This document shows positions 28,601-40,700 of a stretch of 64,000 nucleotides of DNA, one piece after another. The notes beneath the pieces are model-generated. The model made no database searches, was not told the origin of the DNA, and worked only from the letters and a program-made list of their open reading frames with translations. This stretch comes from Lingula anatina. Its lineage: Eukaryota; Animalia; Brachiopoda. The translations under genes and the position numbers were made by a program. Numbering within the stretch: the first letter of the stretch is position 1; each line of letters starts with the position of its first letter. The stretch lies in the NCBI GenBank assembly GCA_051362555.1, contig CM120647.1, positions 7,874,001 to 7,938,000 on the forward strand, written 5' to 3'.

Positions 28601-31600
28601 ATAAAAACACCTGTATAAAAATAGTAATATCAATTATGATAATATTATAATATGAATATGGTGATCACTTCCCAGGCAGCAGGCGGTGACCTACTACGTC
28701 CAGGGCAGGAACCAGGAGCGTCTGGCAGAGTGTTACTATATGCTGGAAGACTACCAGGGTCTGGAGAAGATGGTACAGTTCTTACCTGAGAACCATAAAC
28801 TACTGCCTGTAAGTAGACATTAATGTTTATATAATATTATTGATAACTAGAAAAAGATATAGTGGTAAAATTAATAATTATATTGGTAGGGAGGAAGATA
28901 CATATGATAGTGATCATTGTTAAAGTAATAAGAATTAATAAAATTATATGCAGTTATAAAAGTTATGACACGTCATTGAATCAGAACTTAAAAACTTGGA
29001 AGTGATTACCTTGTTAAGTGATTTACTGAAACATTTTGCAGCAAACTTGGGTTTGGTTCTTGCAGGGGTGATAAACATCCTTGAGAATTTACTTTTGAAT
29101 CAGTATGATTATTATTTTTGTATATGTATATTTGTATATGTATATTGTCTATTTTTGTATATATTATATATGATTATAGCTGCATATTTTGTCCACAAAA
29201 AGTCCCACACTTCAAAACATACAATTATTATTATTATTATTATTATTATTCCTGTGTTTTAGGAGATAGCAGGCATGTTTGTCACAGTGGGGATGTGTGA
29301 ACAGGGAGTGGAGGCATATATAAAGGTAAGAATACTGATCATTGGTTTTAATAGCATCTGTACTTATAATACTACTATTAATAATAATATTAATAATAAT
29401 AATATCATTATTATGATTAGAGTATCTGTGAAAATGATATATTAATAATGGTAAAAATCATGTTTGCCTCTGGAGTGGCAGTTTTTTGGTTGGCTCCTGG
29501 GTCAAACGAGGCCTTCAGAGATAATAATGATACTTTTTTAATGATATTGCTGAAATGATAATAATTATTATTGTTAAGAAATTACATTGATAATGGTATT
29601 ACATGATAACAATAAATTGGTATTGATAAAATGGATAACAATAATGTTAATAATAATCATTAGTAAGTACATGTAGTATTGACATCCATGCATAGTGCAA
29701 CTTTACAGCTTATAAGACATGTATATATATAATTTAAATTATTTCATCCTCTTAACTTCATTTATTCACAGTGTAACCGTGTAAAGCAGGCCATAGACGC
29801 CTGTGTCCACCTCAACCAGTGGAATCAAGCCATTGACCTGGCCAAACAGCACAACATCAAAGAGATCGACTCTCTGCTGGCAAAGTATGCCCAGCACCTG
29901 CTGGAGAAGAAGAAGGAACTGAGTGCCATTGAGCTGTACAGAAAGGCCAGCCATTACCTAGAGGGCGCCAAGTTGTTGTTTAAGGTAAGCTGGGGTTGTG
30001 CCATTAAAATTTAAATTAAAATGAACAAATTATTTAATCAATTAACAAATTAATTTATAACAAATTAATCAGTTAAAATGAGAATTGAAGTTTCTTGGCA
30101 GAGGTCAGCACTCTCTGATTGCTTGATTTATATCTGCTGAAATTAACTTCGGTTTTCTTTTTTCTTTTCTTTTTTTTTATTTATGCCACACTTTGTTCTT
30201 ATTCATGAAACATTGATATATTACACACAGCACTTGTACAGCATGTACAACAGACATGTAAAGCACACTATCTTTAAAAAAGCTCTTCATAGTTGTAATT
30301 ATAAAGAATAATTTTCATTACTGAATTTTATTTCTGTCATTACCCAGGTTGCAGATGAAGAAGCTCAGAAAGGCAGCAAACCACTGCGGATCAAGAAGCT
30401 GTATGTCCTGGCCGCTCTTCTTATCGAGCAGTACCACGAACACGTGAAGTCCACCTCTAAGTCCAAGGCTAAAGGAAAGTCCAGAGAGGTATGAGACACT
30501 GAAAACAATTTGGGATATTGGTGAAATAAGTTTTTCTGTGTCTCTTGTGTAAGGATGGTAAAAAGTCCACTGTTTTGAAAGAGACTTAATGTATTATCCC
30601 ATTATTCTGAGTGTTTCTACCCTTCATTGAAATGCCATGACTCATAGGCAGATGTTTAATTTTCATATGTACTAATTATTTAGCACATATTAAGCTTTGG
30701 CCATCTTGGCTGCAGGCTTTCTTAAGACTGATCTGAGGAGACATTAAAATTATATTAGGATCGTATGTGTGATTTCTCTAGAAATGACGTTACATGTCTA
30801 AACCACTATTACAGAACTCTGACAGTGACTGTTATTTGAACTATTTCAGGCAACCTCAGCCCTAGCAGGACTTCTTGAGGAAGACTCAGCCTCTATATCA
30901 GACACAAAGCTTATAGACAATGCATGGAGGGGGGCAGAGGCATACCACTTCTATCTCCTGGCACAGAGACAGCTCTATGAAGGTAGGGAACCTTGCTCTG
31001 GAGGCCCTTTGGGGTTATTTTATTTATTTATTTTTTTATTTCAACTTTTTTATTGAACTATTTTATTGAATTAAATTTATACAATTATTTTAAATTACTT
31101 TTAATTTTTGACTAATAGCTGGAAATTTGATAATCAAAATTTTGAACCAAAATATTGTTTTTTATTTAATCTAAATATATTTCAATTAAAATAATAATTT
31201 TGACAATGTCACATTTTCATAAGCCAGCAAAAGTGAGGTATTTTCTGAAGTTAAAGAATTTACACGTTTTACTATAACTATTTTAACTTTATATTTTAGG
31301 TTATGTGGACGCTGCCATGAACACAGCTCTGCAGCTCAGAGACTATGAGGACATCATCGACCCCATCAAAGCTTACTCACTGATAGGTACTGTTCATTAT
31401 TTTATAATTGGAAAAAGTAAATCAGTTTTTACTCGAAACATTTTAGCTTGCTGGTCCTTTGAGTCACCAGGGCCTTGGATTCTGAAAGCCTACTGGTGCA
31501 GAACAGAAACTGTCACAGTGGCTATTAACAGAAAAAAAATCACTTTTAACAATTATAATGGCATTATCCAGTGCAGCAAACAGTATTTGATGCATGTTCC

Positions 31601-31918
31601 AAAGCATTTATTATGCTTATGAAAGGTACATCTTTAATTTTAATCCAGACAAAAAAAAAAAAAAAACAGTTACTAACAGTTTTTACTCATTTCATGTAAT
31701 ATAATATAAATTCTTTTCAATCTCACCTTAGCTTTGTCAAGTGCAGCAAACAGAGCGTTTGGTACATGTTCCAAGGCCTTCATTAAACTGGAGTCTATAG
31801 AAAGTGCCAGTCCTGAGGGGAAATCACAGTATGAACAGCTGGCTCTGGATATCTTTACCAAGTAAGAATCTTGTCAGTATTTTATCAGTACATGTAGCAA
31901 AGTATTTGAGTCATTAAT

Positions 31919-31961
<43 letters not shown>

Positions 31962-32533
31962 ATTAAAGTTCTTCTCATTTTTTAGCAGTTTATTTATGAA
32001 TTAAATTACTGGTAGCTATTTTCATTGTTTTCATTCAGTGAGATGCATTGGTTGAGTGCTTATATAATTTAAAAAAAAATAATGCATCATTGTCTATTTC
32101 TTTACATAAACATATACCAAGAAACCAGCTTTTCATTTATTTATTTATTTATTTATTTATTTGTCTCTCTAGGCACAGTCCTAAAGACAGCAAGAACACG
32201 AGGTCAGATGCTGCCAACTATGCTAACCTCGTGGCTGAAGGGTAGGTTGCATATAAAACTTTAAGACCCCATTTCCAGAGATTAGATCGATATACTTTAG
32301 ATCGACCTAACTCCCTGGGGGTTCACGCCAAATAGCTGTCAGCCGAGCGGCACGAAAGTAAATTACCCCCTTGCAGCTTGTAGTAGGCGGGACGGACATT
32401 TAAGCCGGATTATCTGACAGTAATCTAGTGAGACTCCCCACGGGGATAGATCGATCTAAAAGCTCTGGGAATACAGCCTAAGACACATTTTCATACAGTG
32501 TGTACATTATGTATGATTTGATATTGTACTATA

Positions 32534-32584
<51 letters not shown>

Positions 32585-32910
32585 GTGTGCACTCATACAG
32601 GCTTTGTAAATGACACAATTTCAGAAATTACACTCAATTAATAAATTTGTGACTGATGATATGTTATAGCATGTAGACTGTCAGTTAATGCAACTTCAGA
32701 ATTTTTAATCAGATATGTTTTGGAAAAACTCAGATTACATTTATGACTATGTTATTTTTACCCAGGGACCCCAAGTTACCAGTGTGCATTGCGACAGGTC
32801 GTACGTTAGTGGATTACCAGTTCTGGGTGTGCAACACGTGCAAGCACTGCGCGTACGAGCAGGAGGTGCAGAGTCGCAACTTCTGTCCCCTCTGTCACAG
32901 TCCAATGTGA
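12659..32910 (+). CDS. WDR35: WD repeat-containing protein 35 (IFT121, IFT-A subunit)
   Basis: 32 phase-consistent GT-AG exons: 12659-12682, 13124-13241, 13512-13586, 14765-14857, 18156-18257, 18786-18862, 19204-19284, 19647-19812, 20151-20296, 22815-22940, 23115-23207, 23504-23596, 23911-24107, 24480-24549, 24771-24824, 25094-25203, 25596-25737, 26010-26078, 26340-26468, 26829-26917, 27291-27408, 27852-27937, 28292-28435, 28676-28808, 29263-29325, 29772-29984, 30348-30488, 30850-30982, 31300-31386, 31732-31861, 32173-32241, 32766-32910. Diagnostic peptides: [73 protein letters not shown]. Confidence 0.97.
14213..14430. mobile_element. MITE family A, copy 2
   Basis: Near-identical to 32263-32480 and related to 1847-2053; TTCCCAGAG...CTCTGGGAA inverted ends. 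Confidence 0.85.
15032..15241. mobile_element. MITE, TA-flanked
   Basis: TIRs CAATGGCAGATCCAG ... CTGGATCTGCCAGTG with TA on both sides. Confidence 0.65.
15792..15890 (+). CDS. WDR35: WDR35 alternative exon 4b (paralogue of exon 4a)
   Basis: cag|...ACAG|gtgcat, 99 nt, phase 1-1; [34 protein letters not shown] aligns with exon 4a [32 protein letters not shown]. Confidence 0.8.
16270..16368 (+). CDS. WDR35: WDR35 alternative exon 4c (paralogue of exon 4a)
   Basis: ttctctgctttcatcag|...CAAG|gttgct, 99 nt, phase 1-1; [34 protein letters not shown]. Confidence 0.8.
16860..17063 (+). CDS. WDR35: WDR35 alternative exon 4d (divergent; 3' boundary uncertain)
   Basis: Strong acceptor ctctttcacctcag|, phase 1; [40 protein letters not shown] is a WD40-like V..WHP...L.S......I..W pattern. 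The best-looking phase-1 donor is A|gtaaac at 17064; otherwise the frame runs to a stop at 17278. Confidence 0.55.
17342..17363 (+). promoter_or_regulatory. Candidate docking site for the WDR35 exon-4 cluster
   Basis: ATCACAGGGTGCTatGCAGTTT is complementary to 16671-16692 (13 bp perfect + 7 bp) and to 16863-16875 (13 bp with one G-U). Confidence 0.55.
18262..18500. repeat. 21-bp degenerate minisatellite, ~11 copies
   Basis: Unit approximates CTGCCACACCTAACACAATAT; starts right after the exon 5 donor. Confidence 0.85.
20594..22780 (+). mobile_element. Helentron-associated (HINE/DINE-like) non-autonomous element with central 146-bp satellite
   Basis: 5' palindrome TGTACCACCAGCG-TAAG-CGCTGGCGGTACA; 3' subterminal inverted copy GCTGGTGGTACAAT, short hairpin GAGGCG-GTAT-CGCCTC, then CTAG-T-tract end; internal tandem array. 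Confidence 0.75.
21585..22590. repeat. 146-bp tandem repeat, ~7 copies
   Basis: TCTCCAAAAC recurs at 21591, 21737, 21883, 22029, 22175, 22321 and 22466. Confidence 0.95.
32263..32480. mobile_element. MITE family A, copy 3
   Basis: Near-identical to 14213-14430; inserted ~20 nt downstream of the WDR35 exon 31 donor. Confidence 0.85.
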
Positions 32911-33646
32911 AAACAATGACGACTGCGAATAGAATTTCTGAAGTCATTACAAATGTGATACATACAACATACTTAAAGGAGAAAAATTGTTTTAACTGTG
33001 ACTTAAATGTATTCTAAAATAGAATGAACAATTGCTTTCAGCATTACCAAAATTTTGGACTGTAAAAGATGAGCTTTTGAAAAGACAGATATTGGATATT
33101 TTTTTACTACAAAAGTGATGCTAATGTTTTTTCTCAAAATTTCTTCAATTGTGTACATGTGTATTTGATACATGAGGTATTCGATTGCTAAGATTCATAT
33201 TCATATGCATTTTTTTCTTAAATCGTAAAAAAAATTATCATATTTTAAGATTGAATTACTGTGCAGGATTATCGTTTCCGTCCTTTAAGCCTTTTTCCCC
33301 CCTTTCCATAGTCGAATGACGTCAAAAGATTTCACACATTAGATTAACAGAAATTTATTTAAAGTGTATTTTAAACAGAAATTTACTATGTGTGTTTCAT
33401 ATTAAAAAGAAAATCTTGAAATGATGTGCAGCAAATTAATTCCAGTGTGCAGAGAACTGTTTATTGGAACAAAGGGAAGCATTCTTCATTATCCTAAATT
33501 ATACTGCATCTTTAAAAAAGGCATTCCGTTCAAGATTCTTAAGTAATTTGATTACTCAGAAAATATTATGAAATAGTTTTAACTAATCAAAATAGCAATT
33601 TTGATCGTCTTCAAACCACTTATTCTTTTGAAATGTATATTTTAAC

Positions 33647-33695
<49 letters not shown>

Positions 33696-36401
33696 AGTTT
33701 ATTTATTTTCATTATTATCAAAAAATAAACTGGCACAATCTGTATTTACGTGTAGGCCTACATTGAAATTTTAATTTTCAGAGAAGAATACAACTTTGTA
33801 ACTATGGAGACTTTGATGACATGTAAGATGGCATATAAGATTGTATAGGATTAAAATTATGTGTGGTTTTTTTTTCAATGTAAAATAAAATTTCAAAAGC
33901 ATCTTGTCTCAGTTCTCATAATTGTTATTCTGAAAAAAATGCTTTTTTGCAGTATGTTTCTTAAACTATGGACGAATCTTAAGCATGTAAGAGTTTGAAG
34001 ATAAAAAAAAATGAACTAAGACGGTAAAACTTGTACTTGTCGAAGGTTTCAGGTAGGGATGTACCCAAATAGAGCTAAAATTCAACATTTTTGGGTTTTT
34101 TTATGTCTAATTATTTGTTAAATATCTATCTAACTTTTAACGGAGAAACATTTTTACACGACGAAGTTTGAGCTGTTTTTCAAGCATAATTAGATGTTTT
34201 GAAGATACAGTAAATTAATGTAACAGGAATAATAAAAAAAAAGCGAAGACCTTTATTTTAATATAAAATATCCAACCTACATCCCTACCTTAATGCAACT
34301 TCTAATAACACAAGACTTTTCTCAACCGCTCATCTGATGCATCACAGCTAGAGCATCTCACGGCGGCTAAAGACTGCAATAAAGACGGATTAGTCAGAAC
34401 TAAATTTAGATGATATATGCTAAGAAATAAAATATGAGATTAGAAAATAAGTAATAGCTAAGGATCGTTAAACAACAAAGCCTATTTGCATAGAATGTTT
34501 TATAAAAGGCATCACGTCGGATATTACAGGAAAACGCTCAAAACGCTACTTAACCCTTACCTCGCCTTCTAAATTAGTTTTTTTCAAGTATATTCGTGAG
34601 TTTTTATTATTTTTATTATTTTATTAAGTAAACGAGGGTCGTTCAGCACCGTTTGAATAAAAGGCAGGTCTTTTTTCCAGAATTCTTTTTATCTTTACTT
34701 TCATTCATTTTCATCTCAACCTAATTTCGTATTATTTTTAGCATATTTAATGTACAGCCATTTTTAAGAATAATTGTAGAGAATTGGAAAATTTTAACCA
34801 GCCGAATACATTTCGTGCCCCCCCCCACCTACCCCTGAAAAACTTCGTAAGTTTTCGATCACAGGGAAGTTCCCCGTCACAGAATTTATTTCATAAAGTA
34901 GAAAAGTGTCGTTTTCATTTTAATATAGTTTTTCCTTCTTATCTGTGGGATGTTTTGCCAAACGACTCTGTGATATTACCTTACATGTAGGCTACTGTTT
35001 GCCTCTGAAGGAAATGCTTCTAAAAATGGAATGCCCCATCAATTATTTTATCTGTAAGGCGATTCTTTTTAAAACTCCTTTCTTGTAATATTCTAGATGA
35101 ATGAAAGAAAGACTCATCAAATCTTACAAGTTTTATTAATAACGCCACAGTAAACCCTCCCTTTTAATTCTAAGAAGGCAACGCTACTTATCTGTCCTCA
35201 TTAGAACAAAAGATTTAGGTACATTTGGATAAACTACATACAAAACGTTTTCTCCCAGCGTTCGCGAAATAGCACATATTAAGTCGATGCTTTGGTTACC
35301 TCCGTCGCCACATAAAAGATTTATCTTATCATCAATGACTGATCTAAACGTTACTAAGGAATGGGGTTAGAAAGGATTAAAGTTAGGTTTAATACGTTGT
35401 GCAACGCACGCGCCAGCGTTTCCATTACAGATAAGTCCGATAACGGGGAACTATTTTAAGTGAACCAACGTGACAGTTGATATTATTAGCCCTGAAACAG
35501 GTGCGACGGGCAGAAATATTCTTATTTACTGATTCGTGTACGGGATAATTATTTTTACATTGTATCGTTTTCGGTAATTTGTGATTTATTTTTCTCTAAC
35601 ATAACGTGGACTTCTAAGTTCGCAGAGTTTGCCTGAAAAAAAATCTTATCTTTATAGGTTTTAGATGTTGTGGCTACTGGGAGAAATTTTCTGATAACCG
35701 CTATCAATTTTTGATGGACGACGGCCGTTATAAATGTCTGGAAGTTGTAACGATGAAATATTTCATGGACTGACAACGCATTCGACAGTGAAGGAAGACG
35801 CCAAAAAATTAGAAGTGTCGCATTTTGACTGCGTTTTAGAGACAACATTTTCCGCGGTGTGACTCGCATCCAAACAGCTGCGCAAGCTTCGCATTCTTCA
35901 ATATTAAACATAATTCAGCACCGAGGAAGAAAAATCGATACCACAATGTATACACGCCAAATGAGTTGGACAGCCATTCTCGTACGTCACTGGAACTGCT
36001 GATACTATTGGAGAAAAGGCAATTAATTATTTAAAGCCAGTTGCATACATTTTCGATCGAATGACGACACGACTTGTGCAGAAACCAGCCATCATCGCTG
36101 CGACGGTGGGTGAGAACTGGTCGGCGAAATGGACCGTTTTCCCGGCCGACGTTCCTGAGTTTTTGACCAAGAAAATCGGGCAGCTACCTCGCCATGGATA
36201 GAGTAGACAGGGTTGACTAACTGCAGATGAAATTAGCAGGTGGAATTCGGCCATATTGAAGAGGACTTCGATTTTGTTTGGAGAGAGAGCGAGGCCTGTA
36301 TTTGTGACTGGAATCGATAGGCCTACGAAGTAGGCAAGACGGATAGATAGATAGGCATTTGGAAAGAGAGAGAGAGCGAGAAAGACAGAGGACTCGAGAG
36401 A

Positions 36402-37667
36402 ATGAGTCGGCGACCGTCTCTCCCTCCTATGCCGGATCTCAGCCATCTCTCAGAAGAAGAGAGACAGATTATTGAGTCCGTGCTCAACCGACAGAGAGAG
36501 GAAGAAGAGAAGGAACAGGAGCTCATCAGGTAATGAATCGCCCAGTTGATTTTTCCGAAACAGCCCGCCATGTTGTAAAGGAGTCCCGTGTCGATTTCAG
36601 GGAGTGTTGGGGGAGTAGGGAGGGGAAAATAAACTGCAAGCGTCTTAATTCTGTCTGCGATTCATCTCCTGAAGGTTTGCACGTATATATGTGGTAAATT
36701 GTGTTAAACATTTAAGCTTCATAATGTTGAAACTGGCCTGATATTTCCTTCTGTCAGGGTCAGACACTGCATCGCTCTTATCTTATAACAGGTGGCATTA
36801 ACGGAGAAAATGTCATGACTTCCGCAAAGGAAAGATATTTTTGAGGTCCGTGTTTTCAATTTGACAGGCGTGAATTTTGCACATTTAGAATTTATGCGGC
36901 AAAAAATAGAACCTCACAATTTCCCTCTGTTTTTGTAAAGAATGCTCACCTTATTTGACAATAAAGGCAGGCTTCTGTAGGAGGCATACGTAATTAACTT
37001 GGGGGGGGGGGGGGGGGGTTACAGGTAACTCGGGAACTGAATCTAGAGTAGCTAGGAAAATAATTATGATAACAGGCAAAATGGCAGTGATGTAAAATTC
37101 CCTCATTCCACATAGAATAACATTGATATAACACAGTGCTAATGTAGAAGCAAACATGGTACACCACCATTGCACATCCTATGTGTCATTTTTTCTGTGT
37201 ACATTTAATACTCGCTGACAGGTGAGTATAAACAGGTGAGTTTACAGGTAGACTGCCATTGTTTTGGTGGTGACAAAGCACATATTTATTCTAGCTACCA
37301 GCTGTCAAATATTTACTATATTATGAATATTCATGAACAGAATGCGGTCTCATTCATAAATTAGAGGGTGGAAGTACAGCAATTGACATGTTTTAGAGGT
37401 CAAGATAAATGTCACGTTTTTGATAGAGGGTTCAATGTCTGGTGATGTTCTGTGCACATTTATTTATGTAGGGTTTCTTTTATAATATTTTTTTTCATGA
37501 TTTATGTCACTTTAGGCTCTGTTTCTTTCGTCAGTGCACCAACCCTCTTTCATCTTCCTGAGGCTCTTTCTCAAGAGCGCATGCACATACACACACATGC
37601 ACACACACACATACTTCTCTCAAATCCACAAATACACATATATCGGTATATACACAGGAGTGCACGT

Positions 37668-37706
<39 letters not shown>

Positions 37707-40700
37707 TTTCTCTATCTCAGGTACATACATAGAGGGGGTTAACACATGTGTGAATATACGTATGAACATGTGTTCACCCCCTCCCACTATTCACACATAG
37801 CGATGATCACTTCTGTAAATATGAAAAAATGGCCTACTTTTATCCAGACTAATCAAATGCAACAGCATCATCCTGCGTGACTTGCATTACTCGATCTCCT
37901 CTTACAATTTTAAAATGTCTGTATTTTATCATTTCTTTTTCCCTTTTTTTTTGATCCTTTTTTTTTTTCGAAAGAGGCCACTCCAATTCCCCATGCCTTA
38001 ATATGAAATATGACTATGCCCACTTCAAAGGGAGAAAATATCAACCCATTTCCTATGTAGCATGTTACATTTATTGATCAGCCCACACAGAATAATGTTC
38101 CATCCTCTGCAACTGATCTATTATTAGGATTTTTTTATTCCCTGTGAAAAATGGCGATGAATTGAAATCCCACTTGCCCCGAACAGGTAATAAATGTACT
38201 AGGGAACAGGTGGCTGATGGAATCAAGGCTTTCAATATGGAGGAATTAATACCGTTTTGAATACCTTGGAAATATAGTCATTCTTGTGGAGTAATTGCAT
38301 TTTCTGGTTAATGTGAAGTAATATGTTCGTATCAAGAATGATTTAGGGAGAAAATGGACTGATTGAAGTCACCAGACAATTACCGGATCGCGTAATGCGT
38401 GATAGATGTGTTTACATCAGGACCAAGTTAGACAGGAAATAGACCTAAAATTGTGTGCTTTCAACACATTAAATGGGGGGGGGGGGGGGGGGGGGGGGAT
38501 GAAATAAACTGTTGAAAATTGAAAAAAAATTCAAATAACAGAAGATCCCTTTGCTTGTTTCACTCGTACTTATACATAGTAAATCATACTCAAATGCTAG
38601 ACATATTCTAATTTTACACAAGAAAATTTTTTATTGTGGGGGCATGTTTATTGTACATGTAAAGCTCAGTATGTTGATTTTAGCAAGAATTATCAACAAA
38701 AGTTTGCTATGTTTACATTTTATACCTATAGAAAGGGCATAGATAACATCCCACCTCCATCTCTCCCCCCCCCCCCCCCCAACTCCCACTACACATCCTC
38801 TTGTTTTACCTTTATGCATTCTCTATAATATTAAATTTTAAAATCATATTTCATACTGAATCTTAATTGGCTTAGATTGTCCCCAGGCCAAAATTCAGTT
38901 TGGTGAACCCCAGTCAGTAAATTGGTTGCCTTTGAAGCAACCTCCCATAGTAACCCTCTCCCTTTCGAAATTGTTTTTGCTTCTGATTTAACCCCCAAAT
39001 ATTCTCTAGATTCCTTTAGTGATCTCCAGACTGAAATTCAGTTAACCGTCAAAGACAAGACTCCTAAAGTCAGCCTCAGTGTTTTGAAACCAGATCCCTT
39101 CAGTGATCCCAAGACTGAAACTCGGCTAATTTAAAGATGAGACCCCAAAGTGACCCTTAGTTTTTTTTTTTTTAACAAGACCCCTTTAGTGATCCCTAGA
39201 CTAAAATTAACACAATTAGCTTAGACAAGATCTTCAAAGTTAGCCTTATGACTACTCAGTATTTTGAAACCAGACCCCGTCAGTGGTCCCAAGACTGAAA
39301 TTCATACAATTAGCTTTGACAAGACCCCCAAAGTGAGCCTCAGTATTTTGAAACCAGACCCTGTCAGTGGTCCCAAGACCAAAATTCACACAATTATAGC
39401 TTACTAGGAGATGAGACCCCCAAAGTGAGCCTCAGTATTTTGAAACCAGACCCCTTCAGGAGCCCAAGACTGAAATTCACACAATTATAGCTTAGCTGAG
39501 ACTCCCAGAGTGAGCCTCGGTAATTTGAAATCAGACCCTTTTAGTAATCCCAGGAATGAATTTCTCACAATTAGCTTTGACGAGACCCCCAAAGTGAGCC
39601 TCAGTATTTAGAAACCAGACCCCTTTAGTGGTCCCTTTACTGAAATTCACACAATTAGCTTTGACGAGACCCCTCAACAGTAAGCCTCAGTATTTTGAAA
39701 CCATACCCCTTCATCACACAATTAGCTTTGATGAGACCCCCAAAGTGAGCCTCAGTATTTAGAAACCAGACCCCATACCCCAGATATGATGGCACAACAC
39801 ATGCTTGTAAGTAACTTCATAAGCATTGATCTGTATAATGGGTTTCTAGAACTGTTCCCTGGAATGTTGGAATTATTCTCGATAACATTGGCGAGGTGTC
39901 AGCACCGTGAACTCGCCTCCTCCCCCAACATTTCACTGGAATGCTTGAAGTACAGATGAACTTTAAGTAACACATTGTGCATTATTATTTTTATGTCTGT
40001 ATTTATGGCTGGAATTAGATTTTTTGATAAGATTTTGCCCAGGTATATCCAAAAGCATTACATATAAAGAAGGTAAAATGTAATAACCCTTAGGTATTTT
40101 TCCTTTCTCTATTTTTCTTTTGTTTGTTCTTACTTTCATTCTTCAGAACTCAGTATGCCTTGACCAAAAGATCATTGTGATTATTAGGAGAAGACTGGCT
40201 TGAAAAGAAAATGACAAGAAAAACTAAAATTATTTGCATTTGTATACAACTCATAATCTTAAATACAGCCAATCGCTTTTGCGCACTTTCATTGATTTTG
40301 AAAAAAAAAAGAAAAATAGGTTAAAAGACAAAACAAATAAGTTTTTTTATTTGTGTATCACAGAAAGTGCATGGTGAGGTTGATGACAGACGCAGGTGAC
40401 AGTTTTATGTACAGACACATCTGTGTTTCCACACGAAAAAGGTATTGGCTATAGTACAGCTAAACTGATGACTAGGTCATTTATAATGTTAGAAAAAAGA
40501 CTCCTTGAAAAGAAAAAGACAAGAGCAAATATTCCCTGATGCTGAACATAATTTTCTCTTGGTAAAATAAAGAGAGAAACATTTGATTAACTTGGCTCAT
40601 TTTTATTGATTGCATGGAAACATTTTTTTTTTTTTTTTGGTAAAAAAAAAAGAAAATGCTGGAGTGCTTCCATTGTCTCGAGTGTTTATCTGAATGTAGT

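Noticed and set aside
38475-38498. Long poly-G/poly-C runs as regulatory G-quadruplexes (also ~16084 and ~42180)
   Set aside because: Such homopolymers are scattered through the window, often within repeats, and their lengths are unreliable; nothing locus-specific.
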